Below are positions 60,772 to 64,000 of a stretch of 64,000 nt of DNA, piece by piece. A program made the position numbers and the translations under genes. This stretch comes from Paraspadella gotoi (Eukaryota > Animalia > Chaetognatha): positions 4,472,152-4,536,151 of the forward strand of contig CM119270.1 in the NCBI GenBank assembly GCA_051294375.1, written 5' to 3'. The notes beneath the pieces are model-generated. The model did not search any database, was not told where the DNA came from, and saw nothing but the letters and a program-made list of their open reading frames with translations. Each line of letters starts with the position of its first letter. Position 1 is the first letter of the stretch.

Positions 60772-61262
60772 ACTCCTTTCGCTTTTCCCGATTCGCCTTC
60801 ATCTCTCCCTTCTCCTCTTCGAAGTCCTTCCTCTCTTTCCTCCCTCTCTTCTCCTCTCTCTTCTTCTCTTTCCTCCTCCCTCCATTCTCCCGAGGAGGTT
60901 CCCACCTCCCTCTCCTCCTCCTCATCCTCCTCTTGCTCCTCCTTCTTCGACGCCACCTACGCACCGGCGGAGCTCTTTGCACCGGCACGACCCGGCGCCT
61001 CCGCTCCGGCGAACCCCGTCCCCGCGCCGGAAACGTCGCCGAAGCCTCTGCAGACTCTCGACGTCAAACTCGAGGACATTTCCGACTATTTCGAGGATCC
61101 GCAGACGCCGCTGCCGCCGCAGCTGCTGCCGCTTCGTTCTCCGCCGCTTCAGCAGCTGGAGCCGGAGCATACGGCGCCACTGCAGCCGCTCGCGGAAATC
61201 TTCGACGATTTCTTGACTCCGGAGCCTTTGGGCGAGGATCCCTTCGCCGAAGAGTTTTTGAG
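60772..61262 (+). CDS. Ser/Pro/acidic-rich internal exon of an unidentified protein (regulator-like disordered region)
   Basis: tttcttttcag acceptor, phase 0. GC-rich open frame TPFAFPDSP...LDVKLEDISDYFEDP...PLAEIFDDFL...AEEFL. AG/GTCAGA donor at 61263, phase 2. Confidence 0.7.
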
Positions 61263-62063
61263 GTCAGAAAGTAGAATTGAGGGGGCTTGGACTTTGGGTA
61301 AGGTCATTGGGTCTGGTCATTATGTAAAATGGATGGGTAAGATGAATGGTTAAGCTCATTGGGTGATGTCATTGGGTAAGGTCGATAAGTCGCGGCTTGA
61401 TTAAGATGTGGCTAAGTTATGAGGCTTGTGATTGGTTTGATTTGTTTGAAAAATTAATTTATAAAAAATGGTACAGTCGATATAAAAATTATCCATTAAT
61501 TCAATAAATAATCTATCTTGCCTCCTGACTTTGGCAATTATGCGTTAAGGTTTCCATCCCTCAGACAAGATAATGACATAGTAAGCTTTCAATCAAGACT
61601 TTCTCACAAGCTAGCTTATTAACCACGAGTTTTCCCATGAATTATTATAAAGCTTTATATAAAGTATTTCTATTGTGTAATAGGTCAATTTTGGAAATAT
61701 AAATCGGGCAAAGAGAAAATATGAATTTTAAATACGTATAAAACAATTATGAGCATTACCAAGAAATGAATATGAACTCAACAAATAAAAAAAGTTCTAG
61801 GAAAAAACTCGTTTCCTGAATTTTACTGTTTGGAATTTGATTTGACGTTTTTAAGGTCCCCGTTTTAGACCGACGGCCAACTGTTCTACTTCCGAGCGTT
61901 TTTCACCTTTTATGTCTACTAGTATATATCATCACATTTTTTTTTCTTTTTAAGTATTTTCACTTATTGTATTCTGACGTTTTATTGTTTCTCGCTTTCG
62001 CGTAATTTTCTGACACGGACAGATGGACGACTTACCAACAGACACTCACTGATAAAAATAAAG

Positions 62064-62330
62064 TTTTTAGTTGCACCGTGAGTACTCGCGAAGCGACTCT
62101 ATAAGTCACTTTTTGGTTGGTCAGTCTGTTGGTCTATTGGTATGTCTGTCTATCCATCGGTCTGTCCCACTTACCTTAAAAACATTTATAACTTGCCTAT
62201 AGTTTGTTGCTCATTTGTTAAAAATCAAATCTAAGCAACTACTGGCGCCGCCTTTTGTTTTTAAAGAAAAGATAAGTAAAAAGAAAAGTAATGCGGCGCA
62301 ACACCTTGGAATAACCGTTGCTTGTTTTTT
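62064..62330 (+). mobile_element. Second Helentron/DINE-1-like copy
   Basis: tttttagttgcaccgtgagtactcgcgaagcgactctataagtcac...gcggcgcaacaccttggaataaccgttgcttgtttt, collinear with 33967-34296. Confidence 0.6.
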
Positions 62331-63364
62331 TCTTTTTAAGTATTTTCACTTAATATATTCTGCCATTTTATTGTTTCTCACTTTCGCATAATTTTCTGAG
62401 ACGGACAGACGGACGACTTACCAACAGATACTCACTGATAAAAAAACATGTTTTTTTTAATAAGTTAATATTCGTTTATCATACAAACGACGTTGCTTCC
62501 CGTCCTTTTGTACATAATTACGCAGTTCAAGGTTTTAAACCCCCCGATGGCAACTGAGTTCGAACACCCCCTCCCCTTTCCCCCCCCCCATCTCTCTCTT
62601 TCTTTCTCTCTCTCTTTCTTTCTCTCTCTCTTTCTTTTTCTCTCTCTTTCTTTCTCTCTCTCTTTCTCTCTTCTTCAGCAAATCCCAGCGGAAATTCAAA
62701 TTTCCATTTCAAAAAAATAAGTGATAGATGATAAATTACGCGGATTAAAAAGAACTTCCTATTTCGAGGAGGGAAATCTACCAATACATCTACGTTTGGA
62801 GTAAAAATAAAAAATAAAATAAAGAGAAAGAAAGATTAAGAAAAGGAAAGGATTGAAAAAAATAATGACGGAAGAAAAGAAAGGAAAATAGGAAGAAAAA
62901 AAAAGAAGAAAAAGAAAGAGAAAAAGAAAGAGGAAAATTAAATAAAAGTTAAAAAGGTAATCAGAAAATTAAAACTTTTCACTTAATCTTGAGACGGCGA
63001 AGAATTTCGCCGACTTGCAAAATAAAAATTAAAAAGAACAAGATAAGTCTGATACAACTGACTAAATTGCGCGTTAACGTTACTCAATCGCCGCACTAAA
63101 CATTGAACAAACAAACAAACAAGTATTCTCGATATGTCGCCATGGCAAAAAAAAAATATATAGACTAAAAGTAAAATCGTGTATCATTGCCGCGAAAATA
63201 AAGAAAAGAAGGCAGAAGATGAAAGAAACGCATAAACCTGTCTCGCAATTTTATGCAAATGTGATTTAGTTTCCCTTCCTATTCACATCAAAGAATTAGA
63301 TAAGATTATCTTTTGCCTGTGTTTGCTTGCGTGCGTGTGTTATTGCGTGCGCGGGTGTGCGAAA

Positions 63365-63432
<68 letters not shown>

Positions 63433-63492
63433 TTTTATATAAATAGTTTCTATATTTAGCATTGAACTTAATGACAATACTTTTAAACGCAG

Positions 63493-63576
63493 ATTTTCCC
63501 CGTTGGTGAACTCCGATTCTCCGGAAGATAATAATAACACAAACCACAACGTCACGTTTTACTCCATGGATCACAA
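63493..63576 (+). CDS. Next exon of the same gene (FSPLVNSDSPEDNNNTNHNVTFYSMDH)
   Basis: ttttaaacgcag acceptor. Only the phase-2 frame is open, matching the donor at 61263. GTCAGT donor at 63577. Confidence 0.5.
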
Positions 63577-64000
63577 GTCAGTCTTTCTTTTTATCAGTTC
63601 TTAGACTTAGTCATTTTTCTAACAAGGAGCGAAAAATAGCTTTGCAAGTTAATACAAAAAAATTACTATTAAAGTGTTAAAGTCGTTGAAGATTACATTT
63701 CATATGTTACATTTTTTTCCAATGATAAAAAACCTAAAGAAAATAAAGTCTAACTTCCAATGAGTCTGACGTAAATTGTGGAATTAAAAAAATGTAATAA
63801 TCAAAACGGAGATAATTTCTTTAGATTTCCCAAAATCTTTGATTTAAAAAATTATGAAATTGGTATTGAAATTGAAATATTAGTCGCGATCAGTAAATTA
63901 AACATACTAACATAGTCTACTTAACGTCACGTAGCAGTTTATTTAGTTATATGTTCAATTTTTATTCCCTTTTCTTTCTTTTTTTTTGGTTTTTTTTTGT

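Noticed and set aside
61263-61353. Kinase Gly-rich loop (WTLGKVIGSGHY)
   Set aside because: It lies after a phase-compatible donor, within a 12-bp tgggtaaggtca repeat, and no further kinase motifs follow in the window.

Overview
AT-rich, intron-containing eukaryotic (probably invertebrate animal) DNA, dense in (GA)n, (GAC)n, (AAC)n and (ATC)n microsatellites and broken by 11 N-gaps, six of them exactly 25 N. Most listed ORFs are microsatellite or gap artefacts. Three gene models have phase-consistent splice sites. (1) A plus-strand KH + extended-Tudor gene most like AKAP1/spoonbill (exons <1-160, 999-1192, 1392-1562, 2590-4578), whose Tudor barrel is split by a ~255-aa insert carrying eight amphipathic-helix repeats with AKAP-type spacing. 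(2) A two-exon, 127-aa secreted prepropeptide (34612-35456) with an acidic pro-region, a KR site and a cationic, Cys-containing, Gly-terminated peptide (AMP/toxin-like). (3) The 5' part of a plus-strand gene with a Ser/Pro/acidic exon and several candidate alternative first exons (51.0-63.6 kb). Also present: a dead Tc1-type transposase, Helentron/DINE-1-like elements, a tRNA-derived SINE-like fragment, a hairpin-rich element with terminal direct repeats seen next to its empty site, and several minisatellites. Much of 13-31 kb and 35-50 kb consists of duplications and large palindromes that look like long-read gap-filling or haplotype artefacts. Family assignments come from remembered motifs; no database search was run.
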